A DNA stretch of 64,000 nt from Dehalococcoidia bacterium. Its GTDB lineage: Bacteria; Chloroflexota; Dehalococcoidia; Lucifugimonadales; UBA3495. The notes beneath the pieces were generated by a model. The model saw only the letters and a list, made by a program, of their open reading frames with translations, did not search any database and had not been told where the DNA came from. The translations under genes and the position numbers were made by a program. Location: contig CBDEUH010000004.1 of NCBI GenBank assembly GCA_965243255.1, forward strand, positions 693,981-757,980, read 5' to 3'. The stretch's first letter is position 1. Each line of letters starts with the position of its first letter. Shown here one piece after another: positions 1 to 9,272 of the stretch.

Positions 1-135
1 GCTGCGGCCCAAGTGTTCCCGCAGCGCGCGGCAGGCGGCTTCCACCGGCACGCTGTCGTCAACCCGAATGTTGAGCAGCGAGCCTCGCCCGAAAGCCTGT
101 ATCAGTTCCCGATTATCAACCGCAGTTTCCGCCAT
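1..135 (-). CDS. N-terminus of a gene running off the window edge (MAETAVDNRELIQAFGRGSLLNIRVDDS...), possibly MinC-like
   Basis: Manual translation from ATG at 135, open to position 1; weak resemblance to MinC N-termini only. Confidence 0.35.
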   Translation of the reverse strand, partial: MAETAVDNRELIQAFGRGSLLNIRVDDSVPVEAACRALREHLGRS

Positions 136-221
136 AATCGGGCATAGTTATAGCAATGCCCGGCAGACGAGCGCCCTAGCGGACGCTTGCGGATTTGACG
201 AAATTCTAAAAATCCGCCGGA

Positions 222-1394
222 TTAATCCGGGCGTCCAAACACGGCTACGGAGCAGGTGAATGAGCCGGGCCGCCCGCCCAGGTTGTGGGTAATCCCCAGG
301 TCGGCCTTCTGCAACTGCCGTCCGCCAGCCTTGCCCTGGATCTGCTTGTACACCTCGTAAATCATGCGGATGCCGCTGGCGCCGATGGGATGGCCGAAGC
401 ACTTCAGGCCGCCGTCGGTGTTCACCGGCAGGTCGCCCTCCAGCGAATACGCTCCGTCGGCAACGTCAGCGCTGGCCTGGCCCCGGGGGCTGAATCCCAG
501 GTCCTCCATGATTATCAACTCGGTGATGGTAAAGCAGTCATGCACCATCGCCATGTCGATTTCCTGCCGAGGGTCGGTGATGCCGGCCTCTTCGTAAGCG
601 GCCTGGCTGGCCCGGACGGTTTCGGGGAAGTAGGTGAAGTCCCAATCGTTGCGCAGCACGCCGAAGGCGCCCACGGCCAGGCCCAGCCCTTTGACCAGTA
701 TGTAGTCGTCCCGCAGGGTGCGAGCGATTTCCGGCGTGGTAATGATGGCCGCCGCGGCGCCGTCGCTGACGCCACAGCAATCGTACAGGCCCAACGGCCA
801 GGCAATCATCGGCGCGTTGATAATCTGCTCCTCGCTGACCTCCCGCTGGAAGTGGGCCTTGGCGTTCAACGTGCCGTTGTGGTGATTCTTGGAGGCGATT
901 TGCGCCAGCGTGCGCTTGCCGTCGTAGTAGTCAATGCCGTAGTGATGGAAGTAGCGCGTCGCCGCCATGGCGAACTGCGACGGCGGCGGAGTGGGCGGTT
1001 CTACGTCGGCCCCCGGCCCGGCGGCGATGGCCAAGCCGGAAAAGCCGCTGTCTTTCAGTTTCTCCACCCCCATGGCCAGCACGATGTCGTACACGCCGGC
1101 GGCGACGGCGTAGCAAGCGTTGCGGAAAGCGTCGGTGGCAGTGGCGCAGGCATTCTCCACGCGGGTGATGGGGATGTAATCCAGTTTCAGCGCCTCGGCC
1201 AGGGGCTGCCCGGTGCGGAAACTGCTGACGGTGCCCAGCCAGGCGGCCTGAATGTCGTCCGCGTCCAGTCCGGCATCCTCGTAGGCTTCGTAGGCCGCCT
1301 CCACCATCAGGTCGGCCGCCGATGCGTCCCACCGTTCGCCGAAGCGAGTGCAGCCCATGCCGACTACGGCCACTCGGTCCCGTATTCCACTCAT
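222..1394 (-). CDS. SCP2/SCP-x-type thiolase (acetyl-CoA acetyltransferase family)
   Basis: VAVVGMG start, ENACAT (Cys), HDCF and GHPIGASG motifs; start placed at MSGIRDR. Confidence 0.9.
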   Translation of the reverse strand: MSGIRDRVAVVGMGCTRFGERWDASAADLMVEAAYEAYEDAGLDADDIQAAWLGTVSSFRTGQPLAEALKLDYIPITRVENACATATDAFRNACYAVAAGVYDIVLAMGVEKLKDSGFSGLAIAAGPGADVEPPTPPPSQFAMAATRYFHHYGIDYYDGKRTLAQIASKNHHNGTLNAKAHFQREVSEEQIINAPMIAWPLGLYDCCGVSDGAAAAIITTPEIARTLRDDYILVKGLGLAVGAFGVLRNDWDFTYFPETVRASQAAYEEAGITDPRQEIDMAMVHDCFTITELIIMEDLGFSPRGQASADVADGAYSLEGDLPVNTDGGLKCFGHPIGASGIRMIYEVYKQIQGKAGGRQLQKADLGITHNLGGRPGSFTCSVAVFGRPD

Positions 1395-1410
1395 CGCTCT
1401 ACTCCTCAAG

Positions 1411-2844
1411 TCAGGCCGGTACTGCCACCGGCGCGGGGGTGCGCCTGGGTATCGCCTTCCAATAATAGTTGTGAATCCCGTTGACCACGCGCAGCTTGCG
1501 AAAGCTCATTTCCACGGGCATCCCGACCCGTACCTCATCCAGTTCCCGGTCGGTCATCATGCACAGCACGCGGCCGCCGCCCTCAAAGTCCACCACGGTT
1601 ACCACCAGCGGAGTATCCACCGCGCCGGCGATGTAGTCCATGGAGTAGGTGAAGACCTCCCCGGGCTGCTCGCTCAATCGCACTGGGTCGCTGTTGTCCA
1701 CGCTGCGACACTCTACGCAAACCCGCTGGGGAGGATACTGCACGTAGCCGCAGGCCCGACAGCGCGCGCCGTACAGCCGAACGTTCTTGTCACCCTCTCG
1801 CCACAGCGCAGACACCGACGGCGACGCCGCGGCCGGCCTCCGGGATGCGTCGTCCAGGGTCCATACTTCCCGCCAGCGGGCGTAGGTCTCGTAGCTGTCC
1901 AGCACTTGCCGGGCAGCCACCCAGCCGGACACGCCCATGGCCGGACGTTCCGCCGTTGCCAGTGCCGGCTCGGTTCGGAAACCCAGCACGTCGCTGCCGT
2001 CGCCGTAGGATATAGCCAGGAGCAGCTCACCCGGGCCGGCCGTTTCCAGCGCCGAGGCCAGCAGCATCGGCGCAAAGGCCGCGCCGGTGTTGCCCACCAC
2101 GCCGAAAAGCGGTTCCTGCACCTGCGACTCGCTAAATCCCAGCTGCCGGGCCAGGCGAGCGTGACGGCGAGCGTCGGGAGCGTAGATGGCGGCTTTGGCA
2201 ACGTCAGCCGGGGCAACTTCGTGCCTGCGGCAATATCCGTCCAGCGCCTCCGGCACGATGCGCTCGATGCCCTCTTCGGTTGCGAAACGGTCTTCCCAGG
2301 TGCGGACGAAAGGGTCGCCAGGCGTACGCCACGCATCCAGCATATTGTCGGTGATGGAGTGGCTGCCGGCGTATTCGGCGATTACGCCGTCGGCGGCGAC
2401 GACGAATGCGGCGGCGCCGTCGCCGGAAGCGCGCTCGGTCTCGCCTCGGGGCGGCCCCTGCCGGCTGTCAGCGACTACCACTAGGACCTGCCCGGCGCTG
2501 CCGGCGGCTACGGCGTCCAGCGCCGACATGAGCGCGTTGGTGCCGGCCCGCAGTACGTTGGTAACGTCACTGGCGAAGATATCCTGGCGCAGGTCAAGCG
2601 CGGCGGCAACGATGGCGGCGCACTGCTTTTCGGCGTAAGGCGGCGTCGTGCTGGCAAAGATGATGCCATCGATGCCGCTGCGGTCACGCCCGGCCAGACA
2701 GTCCATGCCGGCGGCCACGGCCATGGTAACGCTGTCTTCGTCGAAGTTCGCTACGGCCCTCTCGTGGCGGGAGTTCCAGCCGGAGGTCTCCGCTCCCAAA
2801 CGGTAGCGGGGAATATAAGCGCCGTAGGCGGCGATTCCGGTCAA
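1411..2844 (-). CDS. HMG-CoA-synthase-like domain fused to Zn-ribbon/OB-fold (DUF35) domain
   Basis: GIAAYGAYIPRYRL, DEDSVTMAVAA, GDGAAA, VGNTGA, SYGDG; C-terminal CxxC...PP...CxxC and VGMPVEMSFR. Confidence 0.85.
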   Translation of the reverse strand: MTGIAAYGAYIPRYRLGAETSGWNSRHERAVANFDEDSVTMAVAAGMDCLAGRDRSGIDGIIFASTTPPYAEKQCAAIVAAALDLRQDIFASDVTNVLRAGTNALMSALDAVAAGSAGQVLVVVADSRQGPPRGETERASGDGAAAFVVAADGVIAEYAGSHSITDNMLDAWRTPGDPFVRTWEDRFATEEGIERIVPEALDGYCRRHEVAPADVAKAAIYAPDARRHARLARQLGFSESQVQEPLFGVVGNTGAAFAPMLLASALETAGPGELLLAISYGDGSDVLGFRTEPALATAERPAMGVSGWVAARQVLDSYETYARWREVWTLDDASRRPAAASPSVSALWREGDKNVRLYGARCRACGYVQYPPQRVCVECRSVDNSDPVRLSEQPGEVFTYSMDYIAGAVDTPLVVTVVDFEGGGRVLCMMTDRELDEVRVGMPVEMSFRKLRVVNGIHNYYWKAIPRRTPAPVAVPA

Positions 2845-2932
2845 CGCCTTCGCTCCTTCTGCAATACGTCAACCGATGCTATCAGCGGGCGTGAATCGGT
2901 GTCAACGCAGGCGCCGTGCTACAATGCCATTG

Positions 2933-4138
2933 ATGATTGAGCGAATCGTAAGCGCGCGGTTGACGCCACTGCTCGTTGCCCTCCTTTTCCTGCTGGCCGT
3001 CGCCGGATGCGGAGGGGTCAGCGCCGGCGCGGCGGCCGAGCCGATCCCGCCCAGCAGCAACCTTCAGCCGGAGCTGCTCAAGCTGGGCGAAGCTTACGAT
3101 ATCCTGCTTGAAGAGCACGTTGACCACGAAGTCATTGTGCCCGATCAGCTGGCCGACGGCGCCATCCGCGGTTTGCTCGCCGCCCTGGATGACCCCCACG
3201 CTTCATATCTGACCGCCGAGCAGCATTCCCGCGAACAGGAAGGATACCGGGGTTACTTCGAAGGCATCGGCGCGCAGGTTACGCTGACCGACGCCGGCCT
3301 TACTGTCATCGCACCCATACCCGGCGCCCCGGCCGAGGCCGCCGGCATCCGCCCTGGCGACCTCATCCTCGCCGTGGATGGCGAAAGCATTGACGGACTG
3401 GGCCTGATTGAAGCGGTCAACCTCATCCGCGGCCCGCGGGGAACCGACGTTACCCTGCTGGTGCGCCACGCCGGCAGCATGGAGAACGTAACCATAACGG
3501 TAACCCGCGGCCGCATTCCCATTGAGAGCACCGCCTTCCGAATGCTGGACGACGGCATTGGACACCTCTGGATTTACAGCTTTTCCAACACCACCGAGCG
3601 GGAGGTTCGCACCGCGCTGGAGCAGTTAGAGGACGCCGAGGGACAGGGGCTGGTGCTGGACCTGCGCAACAATCCGGGCGGCCTGCTGGACGCGGTGATC
3701 AACGTTACCAGTCTGTTCCTGGACGGCGGGCCAATCCTGTACGAAATTGACGCTGAAGGTGATCGTATCGACCATCAGGCCGGCGAGGGCGGGCCGGCGC
3801 TGGCGATTCCTATGGTAGTCCTGGTTAACGAGTACTCGGCCAGCGCCAGCGAAATACTGGCCGGAGCGATCAAGGCCGCCGGACGCGCGCCGCTGGTGGG
3901 CATGACTACTTTCGGCAAGGGCAGCGTGAACATCACCCGCGAACTTTCGGATGGTTCCGCAATCTACTTCTCCATCCGACGCTGGTATCTGCCAGACGGC
4001 ACCCAGATCGAAGGTCAGGGAGTAACGCCGGACATTGAAATCGAGGCCGAGGTACAATCTTTGCCCATCCCGCCGGAGGACGATACTGCCCTGCGCCGAG
4101 CAATGGAAATGCTGCAGCAGCCCGCGGCCGTCAGGTGA
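2933..4138 (+). CDS. S41 family C-terminal processing peptidase (CtpA-like), lipoprotein
   Basis: LAVAGC lipobox, PDZ (FEGIG), LDLRNNPGG, SASASE, TFGKG; start chosen 7 nt after TACAAT. Confidence 0.9.
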   Translation: MIERIVSARLTPLLVALLFLLAVAGCGGVSAGAAAEPIPPSSNLQPELLKLGEAYDILLEEHVDHEVIVPDQLADGAIRGLLAALDDPHASYLTAEQHSREQEGYRGYFEGIGAQVTLTDAGLTVIAPIPGAPAEAAGIRPGDLILAVDGESIDGLGLIEAVNLIRGPRGTDVTLLVRHAGSMENVTITVTRGRIPIESTAFRMLDDGIGHLWIYSFSNTTEREVRTALEQLEDAEGQGLVLDLRNNPGGLLDAVINVTSLFLDGGPILYEIDAEGDRIDHQAGEGGPALAIPMVVLVNEYSASASEILAGAIKAAGRAPLVGMTTFGKGSVNITRELSDGSAIYFSIRRWYLPDGTQIEGQGVTPDIEIEAEVQSLPIPPEDDTALRRAMEMLQQPAAVR

Positions 4139-4143
4139 ACGTC

Positions 4144-4650
4144 ATGGCCAGAAAGAACCGCAACAGCAAGAAGAAGACGGCCAGCGCACCCGGCAGCAAT
4201 AACCGCCAAATCGCCGTCAACCGCAAGGCCCTGCACGACTACGAAATCCTGGACAAGGTTGAGGCCGGCCTGGTGCTCACCGGAACCGAAATCAAGTCCA
4301 TTCGGGCCGGCAAGGTGGACCTGCGGGACGCCTACGCCCGCGTCCAGGACGGTGAGCTGTGGCTGCACGGAGCGCACATCGCTCCCTACGATTCCGGCAG
4401 CTACATGAACCACGAGCCGCGCCGCCCGCGCAAGCTGCTGGTGCATCGCAGTGAAATCGGCGACCTGGCCGCCCAGATTGCCGAGAAGGGCCTGACCCTG
4501 GCGGCCTTGCGCATCTATCTGAGAAACCACCACGCCAAGGTTGAGCTTGGCGTCGCCCGGGGCAAACGCCAGTACGACAAGCGCCGAGCGATCATCGACC
4601 GGGAGCGCGAGCGAGCCGCCCGCCAGGCCGTGAAGGAATGGCGGGAATAG
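4144..4650 (+). CDS. smpB: SsrA-binding protein
   Basis: NRKALHDY, EAGLVLTGTEIKS, RKLL, ARGKRQYDKR. Confidence 0.97.
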   Translation: MARKNRNSKKKTASAPGSNNRQIAVNRKALHDYEILDKVEAGLVLTGTEIKSIRAGKVDLRDAYARVQDGELWLHGAHIAPYDSGSYMNHEPRRPRKLLVHRSEIGDLAAQIAEKGLTLAALRIYLRNHHAKVELGVARGKRQYDKRRAIIDRERERAARQAVKEWRE

Positions 4651-4677
4651 CTGACATTATCTTGTGAGGAACCTGCT

Positions 4678-5181
4678 TTGATACGCAGTCTGCGAGGCAT
4701 TGAACCGAAAATCGCCCCCACCGCTTGGGTCAGCGAGGCCGCCTACGTCGTGGGCAACGTCGTCATCGGCGAGTACAGCAGCGTCTGGCCCGGCGTTACC
4801 ATCCGCGGCGACGGCGACGTCATCACTATCGGAAACCACGTCAACATCCAGGAGGGTTCCGTGGTTCACGGCGACGGCCTGGTCATTGAGGACTACGTTT
4901 CCATCGGCCACTGCGTGGTGGTGCACGGCGACCGCATTGGTACGGGCAGCCTGCTGGGAAACAACTGCACCTTCCTCACCGAGTCCACCATCGGGAAGGA
5001 GTGCCTGATTGCCTCCAACTCGGTGGTGCTGTCCAACGTGGACGTGCCCGACCGCAGCTTCGTCGCCGGCGTCCCCGGTTCCATCAAGCGAGAGGTCAGC
5101 CAGGCTCAAATCGAGCAAATGCGGTCCACCGCTGAGCACCTGGTGGAGCGAGCCGAATGGTTCAAGGAGAGCGGCCTATAG
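4678..5181 (+). CDS. gamma-carbonic-anhydrase/YrdA-like left-handed beta-helix protein
   Basis: VGNVVIGEYSSVWP, IRGD, NIQEGSVVH, IGHCVVVHG hexapeptide pattern. Confidence 0.85.
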   Translation: MIRSLRGIEPKIAPTAWVSEAAYVVGNVVIGEYSSVWPGVTIRGDGDVITIGNHVNIQEGSVVHGDGLVIEDYVSIGHCVVVHGDRIGTGSLLGNNCTFLTESTIGKECLIASNSVVLSNVDVPDRSFVAGVPGSIKREVSQAQIEQMRSTAEHLVERAEWFKESGL

Positions 5182-6114
5182 CCGTTCCGCCACCGGCAGG
5201 ACGTGCTCGGCCAGGTGTTCCATCACCTGGATGCAGGGGCCAATGCCGTCCACTCGGAAGTCGAAGGTCAGTTGGTCAATTCCCAGTTCGTTGCAGTAGT
5301 GCAGGTCGTCAATGACGGCTTGGGTGGTGTTGATCAGCGCGCCGCCGGAACGGACGCCGACTCCCTCTTCAGAGCCGTCCATGTCGGTGAAGTGGAGGCT
5401 GCGCTTGAGGGATATTGTGATGTCCGCCGGGTCGCGCCCAGCCCGCTCGGTCTGCTCCCGCAGGTAGGGCAGGTTCTGGGCGACGAAATCGGGAGTCTGC
5501 CGGGTGGTATGCCAGCAGTCGCCGTATTTCGCCGTGCGGCGCAGGGCGCGCCGGGTATGCCCGCCTACCCAGATGGGAATGCGGGGTTGCTGCACCGGCT
5601 TCGGCTCAAAATAGATGCCGTCAATCTGGTAATACTTGCCCTTGACCTCGGGAACTTCCTCCGTCCACAGGGCGTTGAAGATTTCCAGGAACTCGTCGGT
5701 CATCGGCCCGCGGTCGGCGTAGGGCACGCCCAGGATGTCAAACTCCTTTTCCAGCCAGCCTACGCCCACGCCGCAGATCATGCGCCCGCCGGATAGCACG
5801 TCCAGCGAGGCGAACATCTTGGCCTGCACCACCGGGTTGCGATAGGGCAGTATCAGCACCGTGCTGCCCAGGCGTATTTCGCTGGTGCACGCTGCCATGA
5901 ACCCCAGCATGGTCATCGTCTCCAGGAATGGCTCGTCCGAGGGTCGCTGAAAGGCGCCGGTTTCCGTATAGGGGTACTGGTTGGTGCCGCCCACCGGCAG
6001 CACGATGTGGTCGCCGGCCATCACCGACTCGAAGCCCAGCCGCTCGGCCCGCTGGCAGAACTCGCGGATGCCCTCAGCATCGGGCAGGCGGGGGATGCTG
6101 ACACCTATCTTCAT
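5176..6114 (-). CDS. LLM-class (probably F420-dependent) oxidoreductase
   Basis: GDH, LPYRNPVVQAK, GVGVGWLEKEF, PKPVQQPRIPIWVGG. Confidence 0.88.
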   Translation of the reverse strand: MKIGVSIPRLPDAEGIREFCQRAERLGFESVMAGDHIVLPVGGTNQYPYTETGAFQRPSDEPFLETMTMLGFMAACTSEIRLGSTVLILPYRNPVVQAKMFASLDVLSGGRMICGVGVGWLEKEFDILGVPYADRGPMTDEFLEIFNALWTEEVPEVKGKYYQIDGIYFEPKPVQQPRIPIWVGGHTRRALRRTAKYGDCWHTTRQTPDFVAQNLPYLREQTERAGRDPADITISLKRSLHFTDMDGSEEGVGVRSGGALINTTQAVIDDLHYCNELGIDQLTFDFRVDGIGPCIQVMEHLAEHVLPVAERL

Positions 6115-6181
6115 CGGGAATTCTCCTGGACCAAGGCGCTCTTGGCGCAACCGGTGTGCGCCTCCCTCGGCAACGGCGGCA

Positions 6182-6862
6182 TTATAGCACCGGGGACGTG
6201 TTCCTGCGCCAGGTTATCTCGCCCAGGCACTTGCCGCAGACCCGATTGCGTATCATCCGACGTTGCAATGTCTGGCGGAACCACTGCTGCCCGCAGCCAC
6301 ATTCGCCTACCCATCTTGGGATGGAATGCTGCACTCGGTGGCAGCGCTCTCCCTGGCAGCCGATTTCCCTGGCCTTCGCCTTCCATGCCGCGTCGTGGTT
6401 GTGCTTGGGGCCAACGATGGCGTGGGCGATTTCGTGCAGGATGGTATCTTCAATCTCAGCGCGAGTGGCGGCCAGGCAGTAGCTGACCGACAGATCAATG
6501 CGCCGCTCCCGGTATCGGCAGACACCGGCTCGGGACGGCGCCAGGTCGAATCCGAAGCTCCATCCGTTCGCCAGCGTGCCATCGGCCTGATGATGCTTCA
6601 GCAGCGCCGTCGCTATTACTGCAACCTCCCGCAGGGAGCACTCCGGCGCCGGCGCGCTGACCACCTCGGTGATGGCGCGGTAGGACACCGGCCATTGCCG
6701 TCCTTCCTCGTCAATCACGTCGGCGTGCCGGGTTCGGATGCGAACTACGTTGCCCAGCAGACTGTGGCCGTGCTTCCCTTGAAAGCGCACCACGCTGCCG
6801 GCTGGGCAGGCGGCGCCGGCAAAGTCAACGGTGATCTCGCTGACACGTCGTTTATCTGGCAT
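6182..6862 (-). CDS. SprT-like zinc metalloprotease with N-terminal SH3-like segment
   Basis: RAGVC, DTILHEIAHA (HEXXH), HDAAWK, C-terminal CxC...CxxC. Confidence 0.8.
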   Translation of the reverse strand: MPDKRRVSEITVDFAGAACPAGSVVRFQGKHGHSLLGNVVRIRTRHADVIDEEGRQWPVSYRAITEVVSAPAPECSLREVAVIATALLKHHQADGTLANGWSFGFDLAPSRAGVCRYRERRIDLSVSYCLAATRAEIEDTILHEIAHAIVGPKHNHDAAWKAKAREIGCQGERCHRVQHSIPRWVGECGCGQQWFRQTLQRRMIRNRVCGKCLGEITWRRNTSPVL

Positions 6863-7032
6863 AGGAACCCTGGGAACCGATTATACCGTTACTACCGCGG
6901 CCGGGCCCGAGTTTGGTTGAAATCATAAAAAGCGTTCTTGCCATTATCCCCGGCGATGCTATAATCGGCGCAAAGTAACCAGCCATGCCAACGTGGCGGA
7001 AATCCTATCCAATTCCAAGGGGAGGCGAGCTC

Positions 7033-7836
7033 ATGGAAAAGGGAGATACCATTATCAATGTCGGCCCGGTGGACGTAGCCCTGTCCTACCGCAAGGAAAT
7101 TATGCCCGACCAGGGTCTGATGGTTCAGGTGTACGGCGACGTCGACGGCCATGACACCGAGATTCTGCGGTTCGACTGCTTCGACCAGGACCCGCACTAT
7201 CACTACGGGCCGGAGAACATGAACATCCGGCTGCACATGGACAAGACCACCGTCGGCACCGCTCTGGGCTGGACCCTGAAGAACATCCGGACCAACCTGC
7301 CCGCAATGGTGCGGCGCGCCGGCTACGATGACCTGGCCTCCAGCATCGAGGCCGAGGGCATCGACGAGAACAAGATGGACGAAGTTGACGAGTGCGCCCT
7401 GGGCAAGTCTCGCGACGAGCGCCGGACGGTTACTCACTTCCGGGGCGACCACATCTACGAAGCCGGCAACATCCGCTTCGGCGTTGAGTTCCGCACCAAC
7501 ATCGGCGCGGCCAACGACCGCGGCGTGGCCATCCACGTGCTGACCGACCATCTGGGGCAGGAGTTCGAGCTGTTGGCCTTCGACTGCTTCGAGATCGCGC
7601 CGCACTACCACTATGGCCCCCGCAACCAGGACGTGCGGATTTACTGGGACGTTACCACCAGCGGCCACACGCTGGCCTGGACCCTGGACCAGTTCAAGTC
7701 CGGCAACCTGTCCAACATGATTGACCGCGCCGGCTATCCCACCGTCGCCGCCAACGTGGACAACGACCTGGTGCAGGCCGTAATTCCGGCCATGGAAGAA
7801 AAGGCGTGGGCCCTGGTTGGCACCAACCAGCAGTAA
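7033..7836 (+). CDS. hypothetical protein made of two tandem homologous domains
   Basis: Repeated FDCF...PHYHYGP...WTL...M..RAGY motif; GGAGG RBS before ATG 7033; TGCTATAAT promoter at about 6957-6965. Confidence 0.8.
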   Translation: MEKGDTIINVGPVDVALSYRKEIMPDQGLMVQVYGDVDGHDTEILRFDCFDQDPHYHYGPENMNIRLHMDKTTVGTALGWTLKNIRTNLPAMVRRAGYDDLASSIEAEGIDENKMDEVDECALGKSRDERRTVTHFRGDHIYEAGNIRFGVEFRTNIGAANDRGVAIHVLTDHLGQEFELLAFDCFEIAPHYHYGPRNQDVRIYWDVTTSGHTLAWTLDQFKSGNLSNMIDRAGYPTVAANVDNDLVQAVIPAMEEKAWALVGTNQQ

Positions 7837-7860
7837 CCCATCCGTCTATTCGGACCAAGC

Positions 7861-7887
7861 GCAGGGGCGGGTTTGAAACCCGCCCCT
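7861..7887. repeat. REP-like palindrome between convergent genes; possible terminator
   Basis: GCAGGGGCGGGTTTGAAACCCGCCCCT; related copies near 25385, 26785, 48274. Confidence 0.7.
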
Positions 7888-7919
7888 CCTTGGTTAACGT
7901 AATCGGGCAAATCTGACTC

Positions 7920-8717
7920 TCACATCATCGTGTAGCCGCCCGATACGCTCAGCGTCTGTCCGGTGATGAAACTCGCCGCGTCGGAAGCCAGAAACACCAC
8001 CGCGTTGGCCACTTCCGCCGCTGTGCCCATACGACGTAGCGGGTAGGCGCGTTTCACCCTCTCCAGCACCTCGTCGGTGAACAGCTCTTCCATCCCCTGG
8101 GCCCACATGCTATCGGAGCTGGCTACTTCCGACTGCGGCGGAACCACCAGGCCGGGACAGACCATGTTGAAGCGCAAGCCGTAGCGTCCCGTCTCCCTTG
8201 CCAGCGACTTGCTCAACGCGATGACGCCGGCCTTGCAGGCGGAATAAACGGCTTCCCGGTATTCTCCCATACGCCCAGCGTCGCTGCTGATGCTGACCAC
8301 TGCGCCGGACTGCCGTTCGATCATGTGCGGCAGCACTGCGTGGATGCAGTTGATGGCGCCCCACAGGTTCACGTCCACCTCTTTAGTGTGCTCGTCCCGG
8401 GTCTTGTCCATAAACAGGCGGTCAACCGTCCAGCCCACGTTGTTCACCAGTACGTCCACGCTGCCCAGCCTGGCTACGGCCTCGGCGATCATAGCGTCGG
8501 TTTTTGGCCGGTCGGTTACGTCGGCGTCAATTACGGTAGCGGTGGCTCCGCTGCCCAGGGCCGCCACCTCGCTGGCAACCTGTTCGCCGGCGGTGCGGTT
8601 CAGCTCGGCGATGGCGATGTTGCAGCCTTCCGCGGCAAAGGCCAGCACGATGGCGCGCCCGATGTTGTTGCCGCCGCCAGTTACGACTACGTTCTTTCCC
8701 TTCAGTCCCAGTTCCAA
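7920..8717 (-). CDS. SDR family oxidoreductase (BadH-like)
   Basis: TGGGNNIG, NNVGW, SSDAGR, YSACK, ITGQTLSVSGG. Confidence 0.9.
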   Translation of the reverse strand: MELGLKGKNVVVTGGGNNIGRAIVLAFAAEGCNIAIAELNRTAGEQVASEVAALGSGATATVIDADVTDRPKTDAMIAEAVARLGSVDVLVNNVGWTVDRLFMDKTRDEHTKEVDVNLWGAINCIHAVLPHMIERQSGAVVSISSDAGRMGEYREAVYSACKAGVIALSKSLARETGRYGLRFNMVCPGLVVPPQSEVASSDSMWAQGMEELFTDEVLERVKRAYPLRRMGTAAEVANAVVFLASDAASFITGQTLSVSGGYTMM

Positions 8718-8719
8718 CG

Positions 8720-9223
8720 TTATGTCCTCCCCTCGTTCCTTCGGTCAAGATACTGGCGCAAGGTGTAGAGATTTTCCACGTCGGCCCGGTTGTATTCTAG
8801 CAGCAGGTCCAGCGCCGACGAGTTTTGTTCGTCCAGGTACTTGCGCCACAGCAGAATTGCGTCGGAGCCGCCCATATCCGGCAGGTCGCCGCGCCCGATG
8901 CCCAGCGCCTGCTCGATGCGTTTCAGGCCGCCGCGCAATCCGACGCGCCGGCAGCCGTGCATCAGATCCCGGTGGTCGAATCGCCTCCGCAGGTCAATGC
9001 CGGGTCGCCAGGCCAGAAAGGGCAGGTCAAAGCTGGCCCCGTTGAACGTGTGGATAGTGGTTACGCCTTCCAGCACGTGCAGGATGGACGACGGGGTAAT
9101 GTCGTCGCCCACCAGCTGCTCCACGGTCCAGTCTCCCGGAAAATCAACGGCGATTCCAACTACCGTAGGGTAGGAATTACCGCCGATGAACCCGGTGGTT
9201 TCGATGTCCAGATAGGCGTCCAT
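8720..9223 (-). CDS. YprB-like RNase H-fold exonuclease
   Basis: YLDIETTG, TFNGASFDLPFL, GGLKRIE, YNRADV. Confidence 0.85.
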   Translation of the reverse strand: MDAYLDIETTGFIGGNSYPTVVGIAVDFPGDWTVEQLVGDDITPSSILHVLEGVTTIHTFNGASFDLPFLAWRPGIDLRRRFDHRDLMHGCRRVGLRGGLKRIEQALGIGRGDLPDMGGSDAILLWRKYLDEQNSSALDLLLEYNRADVENLYTLRQYLDRRNEGRT

Positions 9224-9237
9224 GTTGATGCAATCCA

Positions 9238-9272
9238 CCCTCACCCCAGCCCTCTCCCACCAAGGGGGGAGG
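9238..9272. repeat. CCCTCACCCCAGCCCTCTCCC-type palindromic repeat
   Basis: CCCTCACCCCAGCCCTCTCCCACCAAGGGGGGAGG at purH 3' end. Confidence 0.5.

Noticed and set aside
4135-4700. tmRNA near smpB
   Set aside because: No space or tRNA-like ends; flanks are coding
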